Shown here: positions 10,030-21,822 of the stretch, in pieces | Numbering within the stretch: the first letter of the stretch is position 1 | Layout: every line of letters begins with the position of its first letter | Assembly: GCA_009103225.1 (NCBI GenBank) | Contig: RHPI01002090.1 | Location: 1,597,932-1,661,931 of the forward strand | DNA: 64,000 nt | Source of the DNA: Chlorokybus atmophyticus | Lineage: Eukaryota; Plantae; Mesostigma and Chlorokybus algae | Direction: 5' to 3' | Notes under the pieces: generated by a model | The model's input: only the letters and a program-made list of their open reading frames with translations | Databases searched by the model: none | What the model was told of the DNA's origin: nothing | Made by a program: the position numbers and the translations under genes

Positions 10030-11340
10030 CCATCGGCATCCTGGTTGATGAGGCCGGCGCGGTGGTCGATCTCGAAGTCATACTCCTGCAACACCAGGCC
10101 CAGCGAGCAAGTTTCCCTGTCACATGTTGGTTGGTCATTAACCACTTGAGTGGCTGATGATCGGTAATCAGCTAATTGCTGACCAAAGAGAAAAGGTCTG
10201 AAGAAGGAGATATGCAGCCAGGCACTCCCCCTCGTAGTTGCTGTAGTTGGCCTCAGCGCTATTGTTGCTTCGGCTGGCATACGACACCGCCCGCTCCTTC
10301 TTGTTCTCATCGTGCTGCACCAGCGCAGCCCCCATCCCAAGCTTGCTCCAATCGGTGTGGAGGACGAAGGGCTTGTTGTGGTCAGAGCGTTGCAGGATGG
10401 GAGCGGTGGTGGGCCTGCCCTTTAGCTCCTCAAATGCCTGCTGTTGTGGCTCCTTCCATGCAAACTCCACTTCCTTGTTCAGAAGCTCGTTGAGGGGTCG
10501 CGCATTCTTTGCGAAGTCCTTCACGAACCGGCGATAATAGTTGGCAAGGCCCAGAAAGGCGCGCAAGCGCGTAAGGTCTTTTGAAGCAGTGACAGCCGCC
10601 AAGGCCTCCACCTTTGCCTGCTGTACGTACACACCGTGGGACGCAATTATGTGCCATAGGTAGGGTACCTTGCGAGTAAAGAAGGTACACTTGTCAGGGT
10701 GCACCGTCATCTCTACCCCCTTGAGTCGCTCCAGCACTTCCTCGATGTGCTGTAGGTGCTTTTCGTCGCTGCGGCTGAAGATGAGAATGCCGTCTATGTA
10801 GCAGCGCGCAAAGTCCAGCCCCTTCAGGGCTTTGACCATGACGCGCTGGAACTTGACAGGAGCATTCTTGAGTCCGAAGGGCATGACCTCCCACTAGTAC
10901 AGCTGTCGGTTGCTCCAGAAAAGGTCTTGTGCTTGTCCTTCGCTTTGATGGCGATCTGATTGTACCCTTGTCGCATGACGAGGATGCTGAAAACGGTACA
11001 GTCTCCTACATCAACAAAGATACCCTCTGCAGTAGGCATTGGATACCTGTCTTGAGTGGTCTTGTTGTTGAGGGGGCGATCGTCGCCGCACATACGCAAG
11101 TCTGTCAAGTGCCTGCTGAGTCCTTCTTCAGGGGCATTGCGGCCGCAAAGTCCGATGTGGACTCCTCAATCAGGCCTGCATCTAGCATAGCCTTGCACCT
11201 CTGCTCCACTAAATCTTCTTCCAACTTGGAGAGTCGGTACTGTCGTAAAAACACTGGTTTGGTGTCCACCAACTCGATGTTCATCTGGTAAACTGAGCAA
11301 ACGCCCAGCTCTTTCACACTGAAGCTGAACTGACTCCTCC
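10030..11340 (-). pseudogene. Gypsy reverse transcriptase and RNase H (degenerate)
   Basis: KPVFLRQYRLS..MLDAGLIEES, LRMCGDDRPLNNKTTQDRYPMP, MPFGLKNAPVKFQRVM, CYIDGILIFS, LRAFLGLANYYRRFV, PFVLHTDWSKLGMGAAL, LQEYDFEIDHRAG. Confidence 0.92.
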
Positions 11341-11579
11341 ACTTGTAAAGGACAGCCTCATGTTGTTCTCGCGTTTAGCCTGTAGCCAGTGGTCCAATAG
11401 CATGAGACCAAGAGTTAGCGTTGGCGACTACTGGGATATCCTCCACAGTGACTGCTGCCTGCTCTTCCATATGGGCGATTTTGAGGGCGATGTGTGCCGC
11501 TTTGATCTCTTGCACGCGATCGGCCCACCCGCCTGCCAGGTGTTCGAGCTCCTGGAAGGACACATGGCGGTCCTGGAGA

Positions 11580-12550
11580 GCAAAGCATATTTCCAAAAAC
11601 CATACCATGCTATTCTGGTCTATGGCGCGTCCCAACAGCTGACATTGCTGACTGTTGGTCATGGTGGAACCCGTGATACTGCCTGCAAAGAAGCCCATGG
11701 CGCGTTCGCGCTCACGTGCATTGAGTTCCTCCAGTTGGCCTGTGTTAATTCCAACACCATGCCTTCGCCGTGGTAGCGAAAGGCGTATGATCATGGGTAA
11801 GACACCAGAGTGGCGAGCGACGTGTTTGACCAGGCTGGTTGCATTGATAGAAGTGCTGGATCGTGTCGGGTGACTGGTTGTGCTGTGCGCCCAGGGTCCG
11901 GGATAGCGTCGACGGTGAAATCGCGTGGACGACTGCTGTGCAGATATTCAGCAGCAAAGAGATCCTCGACTGCAGCCAGGTTGGTCCACTTGGCGCGGAC
12001 GCGATGAGCACGAGAGCCATGACGCGCTGCGTTGATTTTGAGAGGGTGTTCAATAAAAAACACACCTGTCCAAAGCTGTTGGCCACGTGAAGGCGCTTAT
12101 CGTCCTTGGAGTGCACATTCTTAATGATGTATGTTGGAGGCCTTGACAGCTGGTTGCTCTGCAGGATTTTAATTACATGCATCAGTTCCCAGAGCAGTCG
12201 CGAGCGAGGATCAGCGAGTCCTGGGCCGATGTCTGCTCTGGAGTGTCCTAAACACTCCCATGCTGCTGGCAGCAGGTCGATGTTGCCCACCATCATGAGG
12301 AGATCCGCAGTGATTCAACGGATGTCCTATGGTAGTGCCTTTAGACTACCTTGCAGTGCCGATAGCGGCAGTCGCTACGGGTAGCATTTGTGTAGTTGGC
12401 GCAGGTGGTGGCCCAGGGCAATCTATGCGTGTGGATCAGGGTCACAGTAGAAGTATTTTGGTGACCATCGCGCCGGTGTTGAGAACAGCGGTGAGGCCAC
12501 TACCTATTCCTCCAAATAGTTCCAACACGGTGATGCCTTGTTGTCGACGG
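11580..12550 (-). pseudogene. DNMT3-like C5 cytosine methyltransferase domain embedded in Gypsy pol (frameshifted, stops)
   Basis: Across frames: GITVLELFGGIGSGL (motif I), YFYCDPDP, LP*DI, IDLLPAAWEC (degenerate motif IV), GLADPRSRLLWEL, YIIKNV (motif VI), RAHRVRAKWTN (motif VIII), and ERERAMGFFAGS..QCQLLGRAID (motifs IX/X). Confidence 0.8.
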
Positions 12551-12899
12551 AATACGTGAAACTCGAATACTCCAGTGACCACCTGGTGTTGCTCCTGGAC
12601 CGCAGCTTGATCCTTGTAGCAGCAGAGGGAACCGTGAAGTGAGTCGTGGTCTGGTCAGTAGTAGATGTGCGCGCCAGCGGCATTCCGCTGGTTCCTGGTG
12701 GGCCACTTCTTCGGTGGCATCTTCCTGAGACTCGTCGTATGGGATAAGTGAGTCTTGGTTAGAGTTGTGGGTGACCACCGCAGATGATTTGTCAATGGTT
12801 GTCGAATCCGACCTATGGGTGGCTGTCGCGGCTGACCTGTTAGTGGTTGTCGACCACGACCTGTAGGTGGCTGTTGCAACTGACCTTTGGTGGGAGCGA

Positions 12900-13320
12900 G
12901 TGCGAGTCACCAGCTCGAGAGGCAGATAACCTTGAACCTCTCCATCCTCCTCATCCCAATGAGGACGAAACCATGCCTTCTCTGTCCAGCAGTTCAGCCC
13001 CATGCCAACAAAGAAGTTGAAGTCCTATCTCAGCAACAGGTCGAAAGATCCTACGTCGATGACCACACACTTCTATATAACCTCGGTGCTGTGGGACGGG
13101 TCCACTCCTGTCAAGCGAATGCAGAGGGCTTGCTTGGTAATGCCAATCACCTTGTCACGGCTGCCGGTTGCTGTGTCGAGCATGTATGAGCACGGCATCA
13201 GCTCAGCGTTGGTGATGCCAAGTCGCGTGCGAGGTAACGTCCGATGATGACAGGCTGGGCTCCAGAGTTCAGCATCACACGTTTGGGTGCTCGTCCATTG
13301 ATAGTGACATGCTTGCCTTG
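12900..13320 (-). pseudogene. Retrotransposon aspartic protease (degenerate)
   Basis: HVTINGRAPKRVMLNSGAQPVIIG (D-S-G-A motif with D>N), followed in shifted frames by FDLLL..GLNCWTEKAWFRP. Confidence 0.65.
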
Positions 13321-15818
13321 GTTGGCGATCATGGCTGCGTTGGCATGGATGCGCAGCCGCTTGAATCGTATGCGTGGGGTGACTGCTGCTGCAGTCTCCT
13401 CCGGTGGTGTCGAGCGCAGCGCGGCAGACGCCCCTCGACCAGCTGGGTCTTGCGAACCTCCTTGTCCGCGGCCTGGCCCGAACCGTCCTTGTTTGAGCTG
13501 TTGGTATACGCGCTGCGGCCTAGGTGCTGGCGGTGCTGCCTGTGGTTGCCTTGGTTGTGGCGCAGGGGGATTGCGCCTCTGTGTGGCCGGGGTCATACCT
13601 GGCGGCGTAGCCAGTGGCTGTTGAGGAAACCCTGGAGGACTGGGTGTTTGTGGGCCCACCTCCCACGCAGCCTGTTCTTCCATATAAGTCCAGCGTACTG
13701 CATGAGCTGCCTCCCTGACCAGTGTACCTTCCCATATGGCTGTTGGATTGTTGACCACATCACTCCAGCGATGATTCTGAGGCATGGGCTGAAGATACAC
13801 TACACGCGCAGGAGCCGCGCTCTTATATCGTGGGTAATGGTGGGAACCCTTAGGATCCCTGCCATGTAGGCATTCCATCTGCCATTGACCACCCCCACTT
13901 TCAGCACCGTTGTTGCTCGTGCCCGCACAGTGAGGTAAATTTTTGGCTGTTGAACATGCTGCTCATAAGCAGCTACGATGCGTTAGCGTTGCCGCGCTGC
14001 TTCCAACCCTGGCAACCTCAGTATAGCCTCTTGAGCTCCTTCCAAGGTGTCAGTGGCTGCCGAGGCAACCTCGTCATAGGCTTGCCGTAGCGAGCGCAAA
14101 AAAGCGTCCAACCAGAACAATTTGGTGCCGAATGCGAACAGGGAGACTGCGGGGTGATTAGTGACTAGCCAAGTTATCAGTCTTGCTCGAGCTGCATTAC
14201 CACCTTCTCGCATCCCCAACATCCGTCTCAGGCCGATGCCTGCCTTCCGTGTCGCAACAGGGCAGTACGAAGTTGCTGTTCTCCGATTGAACCTGCTCCA
14301 TCTCGTTGTGTCCACCCTTGCGGTGTGAGGTAACGTCTCCCTGGCTCCCGTTGATCGTCATGTAAGTCTTCCAACAAGGCGGGTAGCAGCGGGGCGATCA
14401 CCCCCCTGGTTTGTTGGGCCAGCGCTCGTCTGGTCACTGTTGGGCCCACCGACGAGAGGTGTCGTGCTGGATGATGGGCCAGCAACTTTTGATAGAAGAA
14501 CGAGAGCGCGAGCAGTGGCAAGGGCTTGCGCCCTTACATTGATTGCTGCCACTTGAACTTGTCGCTAGGTGAACGCCTGTTTTAGAGCGGTGTAGCGCTC
14601 ATGAAGCGAAACGGTATTGAGGGGCCTCAGTGCTTTGTTGTCACCCAAAGACATGTCGGCTGTATTAGCGATGTGCTGCTGTACGATGGGTGGCCGGTCC
14701 CGATACGTGTCCAGCGATGTGCTCCAAAGGGTTCATGACAGACTGGTGCGGGCTGGCGTGGCGCAGTCTGCATGTCGTTGTACAGAGTCCAGAACAGTTG
14801 TAGTGCCAATTCCAGTACTACAGGTGTTCTGACCACAAAGACGAGATCTCGCATGGGAGGCGCTGTGCCGGCGAGGATTTCATCCTCCAGTTGCCGCTGA
14901 TTCTGTTCTAGCAGGGTGTGATATTCAGACAGTGGGAAGACTCGGTCACTGCGTTCAACACGTGTTGTGCGCTCCCCTCCGCGCCTAAAAGTAGTGGTAG
15001 TGGGATCCGTTCCACGCATGATGGTCTCCCAAGCACGCTCAGCTTGCTGACCTCGCGGGACAGCTCTAGTGACGTCGAGGGCGGGCAATGTGGCTGCGCG
15101 TATCGCTGCAATGGCAGCGTGCTCGACAATGGCACTACCGATGGTGGCGAGAGTGCCGCTCAGTGGCACGAGAGTGGTCTCAACACTCGCTGACACAGGT
15201 GGTTCTGCAGTTGGAGCGGGACCGGCATGACTTACTGCAGCAGGATCGGGAACAGCAGTGGCTGTTGCCAGCGTGCTCACCAGTGGTGGCGTTACGGTGC
15301 TTACCGGTATACCAACTTGTGGTGCAACCGGTGCGGTTGCTGCTGACGTTGACAAAGCTAACGCCGTAGCCGTTGTGACTGTTGCTGCTGTTGCAGCGCC
15401 ACTGGTGGCTTCAGAGGAGGTGGCTGCTGACGATGTTGCGGCTTCCCTCGAACCCGTCGGGATGGTTGAATACGTGACGAAGTACTGGTGTCTTTTGTGC
15501 GCTTTGGAGCCATCAGTGCCCACCGGGCAGAGTAGCAGGCGCGGTAGTCCTGCGCTTGGTCTTCCTCCAAGCGTGCTATACGCGCCATGAGGGCAGCCAT
15601 ATAGTCATCAGCTGGCGGGTTGGCGGGAGCCTTGGAGGCAACAGCAGCGGCGCGCGGACGTCCTTCCGGTCCGTTGCGCTGAGGAGGGCAATTCTTCCCT
15701 CTGAAGCTGCTGTTCCTTGCGAACATTGGCGTGGTTGTTGGTGTTATTATGGCCTCCGGTATGGTTGCTGTTGTAGCCACCAGAGTTGTTGCCGTTGTAG
15801 CTGTTGGCGAATCTCAAG

Positions 15819-16979
15819 TCAGGGAACTTGAGCTAGCAACTTGAGCCAGCAAACTGACTCCAAGTGGTCTATCTTGTGACAGTAGTCGCAGACCAGAGTT
15901 GAGTACTCTGTGGTGCACTCCTTTTTGTAGTGCCTATGCTGTCCACAGCAATGGCACAGCACAGGGGGAGGCAAAGCAGTATGCGCTGACCGTTTCCCTT
16001 TGTCGCGTGCTGGTGGAGCGTCCCGGTCACGTTCGCGGCGAGGAGGTTCAGCAGTTGTGCTGGCTACAGGCCGTGAGGCGCTGCGGTTGGTGTCCAGCAC
16101 TGCCTGCCCATACACCAAGCGCTTATGGATGGCTTGTGCAATTTCAAAAGCTTCCTTCAGCGTGTAGCCAAGGGGCCTGCTGTAGTTTAGGGTCAGGCGC
16201 GTCGACTCGCTCAGGGTGGCATCCAACTCATTGACATATACCACTGCAGCAGCCTCGTCACCAACGATCTTGTAGTCAGTGTTCTTAAACAGACCTTCCA
16301 GTCTGGAGTACAGGCGTAGAGGGTCCTTATTGGGCTTGCGTTGGAAGGTGCAACGAAGTGCAGCGTATGGATCCTTGAGTGGAGAATCAGAGATGGCAGC
16401 ACCTACAATGATGGCTGGTGCGCGCAGTGCAACTGACCCGAGGGTAAAAGCACTGCCTCCCGCACGAGAGCCAGGTGTTGCCAAAGGTAGGGGTGTGCCC
16501 ACCTCAACGGCTGCAGTTCGTTGTTCTTCAAAGATGGCAGCAGAATGGTCGAGGATCCGGGCCCATCGCGCGGCCGTCATGATCTCAATCTCTGCAGGGG
16601 TCAAAGTGACGATCACCAACTCAGGTTCCTCCTCCTCTGCTCTGTCAATGGCTGCCGCTATGGACAACCCGATAACTGCTGCGGGAGTGGCAAGTGGAAA
16701 AATGGCTGCTGGACTGTGCAGTGACGCCGATGCTATGGTACTGGCGAGCTCACCATAGCCATCAACTCGACGCAGTTTTGCAACAGACTTTCAGACATCA
16801 TGTGCTTCATGGTCTAGATAATGAGCAGCAATGTGAAAAGAAATCTCACCTGACCAGTCTTTGTTCTTCAGAGCCTGCTGTCACATCTTGGAGTGTAACT
16901 TGATGATGAATTCGTCCAGCGAGGTAATGCTAGCACGTCCGAAAAAGCGTAGGGACGTGGTTGAGCTGGAAGACTCCAT
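15819..16979 (-). pseudogene. Gypsy gag with tandem CCHC zinc knuckles
   Basis: CHCCGQHRHYKKEC and CDYCHKIDHLESVC in ORF 15819-16667. The same frame extends to ATG ~16979 through two TGA stops. Confidence 0.75.
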
Positions 16980-18799
16980 CTCATGGTCATCACTGTCGGA
17001 CGAGAGTGGAGAAGCTCGATGCCGAGGAGTGGACAGGAACGCAGTGAAGTCGGAGAGAACACGCGCCTCTGCTGCTACGATCGTTGCTCCCGTCGCTGGT
17101 CCGCTTGTAGGTGAGATTGGAGGTTAGGCTCCAGCTGCTGAGGTCACCCTCGCCTATTGGAGAGAACGGGGTGGGCCTGCTCATACATCTAGTCCAAATG
17201 TGAAAGTGTATGCATGGTATAGTGTTTGAGCTCTACTGCCTGTCTCAATGCCGCTACCACTCACCACACTAGTGCTTGTGTGCGCACTATGTAATGACAG
17301 TGATAATAAATGCACAGGGATGTGTCCCCAGACACAGACTGCACTCTCCAATGCAGAATGCAACGCACTCACTTGGGCAAAGAGGGTGACACTGTGAGTC
17401 AACAAGCCACTACTATAGGTAGTGCTGTTTACACAGTTCTTTGCATGAGCGAAAAATGTGTTACACTTCTAAGTGAGGTGAATGAGCAAGCAACATGTGG
17501 ATACTATGCCCTTACTGATGCCAACAAACACACTGCAACCAGGCATACCAAGCTTACAGCGACAACAAGCACGATGCACACACGAGCATGCACAGGCTCT
17601 CAGACAATGAGGGGGTTCTTGGTAACCGGGATGGCGTGTTCATAGTTCAAGCCGTTTCACAAGCTCTTAGCTTTCTCACCCACAGTGTCACCAGCTGATC
17701 CGGTGAACACTGTGACTACTTATACAAGTTAAATCACGACTGTTCAGAACATAAGCTAACGGTCATATCGAGGCTATTTCCACAGCAATTGCCACTCGAT
17801 ATAGAACACAACTTATGACTGAACTCACAACGGAACAGCTACGCGCGGTGCCTATGTAGGCTATGGTCGTGAGCTACTTTGGAGTCATGACCTAGCTACT
17901 GGTCAGAGACGCGCGCGTGCTGGTATGCTGGTAGGCCGGGCGATGGTTTCGATGTAGACATGCTCGATGAAGGCTGGTATGCGTGGGCACTAGGCATGAC
18001 AAATCTCTACCCACACCTTATAGCCCCTATGGTTACCTCACTCCGTACATGCACCAAGAAAGTGTTATGTATTGCGCGCTCAGTGTGATTACCTTTATCC
18101 CTACTCCGCAAACCGGCGCAGATTTTTATTTATCTACACTTGATTCCGCGCGCTTGGTTGTTAGTACTCAAGTTCGAGTCAATTACAAAGCGAAGATGTT
18201 GGCAACCGAACAACTCCGCAGCAACAAATGGAATAGGCACAACGGACCTCTTGCGCTGCAATCACCTGCGGTGTGATCTTTAGGTGGGGAAAGATGACGT
18301 ACTTACGTACAATGTATATTCAAGGTGCTATGTAGTATTATAAGAGCAGCCTTCTGAAAGCCATGTGGACCCCTTTGTCGTTTGGAAACAATTGAAGTTT
18401 AAGGTCCCTATTGCCCACAAATACCATTGGCACGGTAAAGTCGAGCGTTTTAAACAATGTTAAGCATGCAAATGTTAAGCATGCAAACATTCACAGCAGA
18501 AGGGGAATTTGTGAAATTGAGTACTGCTAATGTCGGCGTTTGGAGCTGTTGTTACGAATGTCACATGAACGGTTCCTCTAGACACTCATGTTTAAAACTT
18601 GTATTCAATATTCGCGTCGTTATTCACGAATTGTATGTGGTGGCGAGAATTGCGAATGTCAATGTCCCAAAGTCAATATTACGGGTGATCCACTCCCCAC
18701 CCATGTCAATAACCTGAGTATAATCACGATTATCGTAAGTCGCTGTTAGTGGGCTACGAAATATTGTGGGGCGCCTGTTATAATGTTCGAGAGGGATAA

Positions 18800-21700
18800 T
18801 GTCGCAAAATGTTTCCCCTGCCGGCTGATTAAATACTGGTAACGGCCGTGCACTTGAGGATACTCATTTGGACTGTCGTGGCTCAGTCCACCTGTAATCT
18901 CAATACAAAGACCTGAGTATAACGGCCGACCGTTTACACAAAGGGACTGACCCAGACGGACAGGTTCCTGTCAGGTACTTATCAGTCAAGCAAAAGGGAC
19001 TTGATCTAACTAGCCGGTACCTGTAAGATACCTATCAGTCAAGCAAAGGTGACTTAGCCTAACAGACAGGTATCTGACCGGTACTTATTAGTTAGGTACC
19101 GGCAACTTTCGTTGCAAAATGTTTTCCCTGCCAGCCGACTATATATTGGCAACGGCCGTCCACCTGAGGATACCCATTTGGACTGTCGTGGCTCAGTCCA
19201 CCTGTAATCTCGATACATGGACCTGAGTATAACGGCCGTCACCATTAGTTGGCGTCCGTCTGCATAAACCACCACTTATATGTACCTGAAACTTACCTCT
19301 CAGTCACGATAAGGCGAGTTTGCCTAATTGACAAGTACCTAACCGTTAACAAATAGGTACCGGCAACTGTACGCTAACTGAGCGAAATTGTCAGGTACCT
19401 TAAGATAACTTTAAGGTACCAGCCGTTGATGATGTGTACCTTTGCAGGTACACGTTGGTACCGCTCAATCATGATTAGGTGTCACACATGATTATCGTTG
19501 CAAGAATGTGCTTGAAAAAATTATTCAAGAATTTACAACGCAAATTGAAAAGAGCTACTACTGCTACTACTACTAGTACTACTACTCTTGTACTAAGCTG
19601 CCGCTCCTGCACCGCCCGCTCAGCTCCGCGGCCGCTGTTCCTCCGCCGCCGCCGGCGCTGGAAAGCACAAGGCAATCAAGGGAATCAAACAAGCGCAGTG
19701 AACATACACAACATACACAACATACACACTCACGTGCTGCCGCTTGCCATGTAACGCCGCCGCCTAGCCTGGTTTATCCTAGCATGGCCTGGCCTGGCTT
19801 GGTCAAGTCTAGCCTGTCCTGGCATGGCCGCCCCAAGACAAGAAGGGTGGTTAGGCTGCATGCGGTGTTGTGCGTAGAGCAACGTTAGACAGCAACCAAA
19901 CTTACCTACCCGCCGCCGCCGCCGCCGCCGCCATCACCGCCACCGCCACCGCCGCACAACTGTCCTTGAAGCCGTTAAGTACTTGAAACAAATGCTCAAC
20001 TGCTTCAACTTCAACTTCAATGTTTATGGTAAAATTGTACCATTAAAATGGTACGACGGCACCAGTATACTCTCTCGTGATGAGTACCATATTGGGTACT
20101 ATGATGGAACTGTTTGTACCATTGTTGTACTCGCCGCCATCGCTCGTCCCTCTTTGGTGACTTGGTTGGGATTAATAGTCACTTGCTTGCCAATTAACGT
20201 TTGTCGCCGCCGCGTCTTATGTACGGCCGACGGCGGTACAACTTTGACTCACCTGTATCATTCGTCACCATTAGGGGCTTGAGCATTCACTAAATTGTCA
20301 TAATAGGTAGGTCGCCGTTGCGTAAGCTGGATGACCGGCGGTCGGCCGTCAACATATGTTGCTGTCACGTCATCACCGGTAGGCAACAATCCATTTTATC
20401 AAACGATAGGCGGTCGGCAATCTATTATTGTCCACAATGTACACCGGCAGTTCATGCAGTCCCTTTATGGCTCAAGTCGTTAGGTTTGTTGGGGTCAGAT
20501 AAGGTCATGCACCCAACAGTCCCTCAGTCCATGGTCAGTCACATGTAAAGTTTGCGACGTTGCGGTAACTGTCCTAACTGCCAGGTACCTAGTTATGACT
20601 AACGGTACATTCAAGTACCGTCAGTGAGTAAGTACCGCGTTTGTGTGACATCGACTGTGCAAGACGGCAATCATATATCACAACTTGATTACATCACAGT
20701 CATATATGTCACATAAACAGTACAAGCCCCACTACTAACATACTACGGTATACTACACTACACTACTATGTTAGTAGGACTACCAACTACACTACAGTCT
20801 GTCGCCGCTAAGTCTTGTGCTGCCGCTTGCATGCTGCTTCAGCCCTCCTAGCCTGGACGTCCTGAGGAAAGAGGGGCGGTCAGCTAGGGCGGCGCAACAC
20901 ATTATATACACACCACCACCACCACCACCACCACCACAACAGCGCACCTGCTGGCGGCCGCCGCCGCCGCCACCGCCGCCACCGCCTGGCCTAGCCTGGT
21001 GGCGGCCCTGCAGCACGAAGGGTGGAAGGGCGGTCAGGCTGCTGCGCAGGACATGACAAGACATGCACAAGCACATAAGCACATACCTGCCGCCGTCGCC
21101 GCCGCCACCGCCGCAGCAGCACAACGCTCAACTGCGCAAGTCACCTTGCACAGTTGAGCATTGTGTTGCGGCTTAGCGTTTGAATTCACAAGGGGGCCGT
21201 TGAGTTTAAAAAATCAATGGCTTCCCTTATGACACCATCGTACCATTACCATGGTACTTTTGTACCATTGTAATAGTACAAAAGTACCAATACAATGTTA
21301 CCATTGTAATGGTACTGCTGTACCATATCAATGGTACGATTGTACCATTGAGACGAAACTTCCAGCGTATCATACATCGGTATTTGTCCCAACTTACCGC
21401 CACTGCTCGTCCCTAAGTTGGGACTAATAAGTCACATGCTTGCCATTTTTGATACATCACCGTCGCAAAATGCTATACGACCGACGGTCGATCGTTCCAG
21501 CTACGTAAATATTTCGTATCATATGTTGTTATTAGGAAACTAAGAGGTGACTTTATTGCCATAACAGGAAGGTCGCCGCCGCGGGTGCCGTACGATCGGC
21601 GGTCGGCCATCGACATATGTTACAAGCAGGTCATGACAGGCATGCAACAGTCCATTATATTGTACGATAGGCCATGGGCCGTTGATTGTTATCCACAATA

Positions 21701-21822
21701 TATACCGGCAGTCCAGCCAGTCCCTTTATGGCCCAAGTCGTCAGAGTTAGGTACGGTCAAGTAGGGTCAGGCACTCGTCAGTCCCTCAGTCCCTGGTCAG
21801 TCACCATGTAAAATTTGCGACG
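18800..21822 (+). mobile_element. Non-autonomous TIR element (~1.57 kb after removing the nested copy), 2-bp TSD AA
   Basis: ataa|TGTCGCAAAATG ... AAATTTGCGACG|aagc. Left end is homologous to the 9512 terminus. 53-bp repeats (gtcaagcaaa at 18985 and 19038). The right ~270 bp is homologous to 20300-20559. Confidence 0.8.
19110..20559 (+). mobile_element. Second non-autonomous TIR element (1,450 bp) of the same family nested in the first, 2-bp TSD TT
   Basis: cttt|CGTTGCAAAATG ... AAGTTTGCGACG|ttgc. The first ~120 bp closely match 18800-18930; the GTAC array and right end parallel 21238-21822. Confidence 0.8.

Larger units (their letters stand above)
9513..16979 (-). mobile_element. Degenerate Ty3/Gypsy LTR retrotransposon (gag-PR-DNMT-RT-RH-IN), 3' truncated by the DNA element
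   Basis: Domain order on the minus strand: gag with two CCHC knuckles, protease VMLNSGA, methyltransferase, RT (MPFGLKNAP, YIDG for YIDD), RNase H (FVLHTDWS..YEGECLA) and integrase H2C2 start (LHIELGHFGVKRT). Many stops and frameshifts; LTRs not identified. Confidence 0.9.

Noticed and set aside
17180-18311. 5' LTR and PBS of the Gypsy element
   Set aside because: Plausible by position, but there is no second LTR in the window to compare and no convincing tRNA-complementary PBS; boundaries cannot be supported.
21459-21475. Internal CGTCGCAAAATG as a third element terminus
   Set aside because: The aligned position in the sister copy lacks it and the following sequence does not match the conserved left end.
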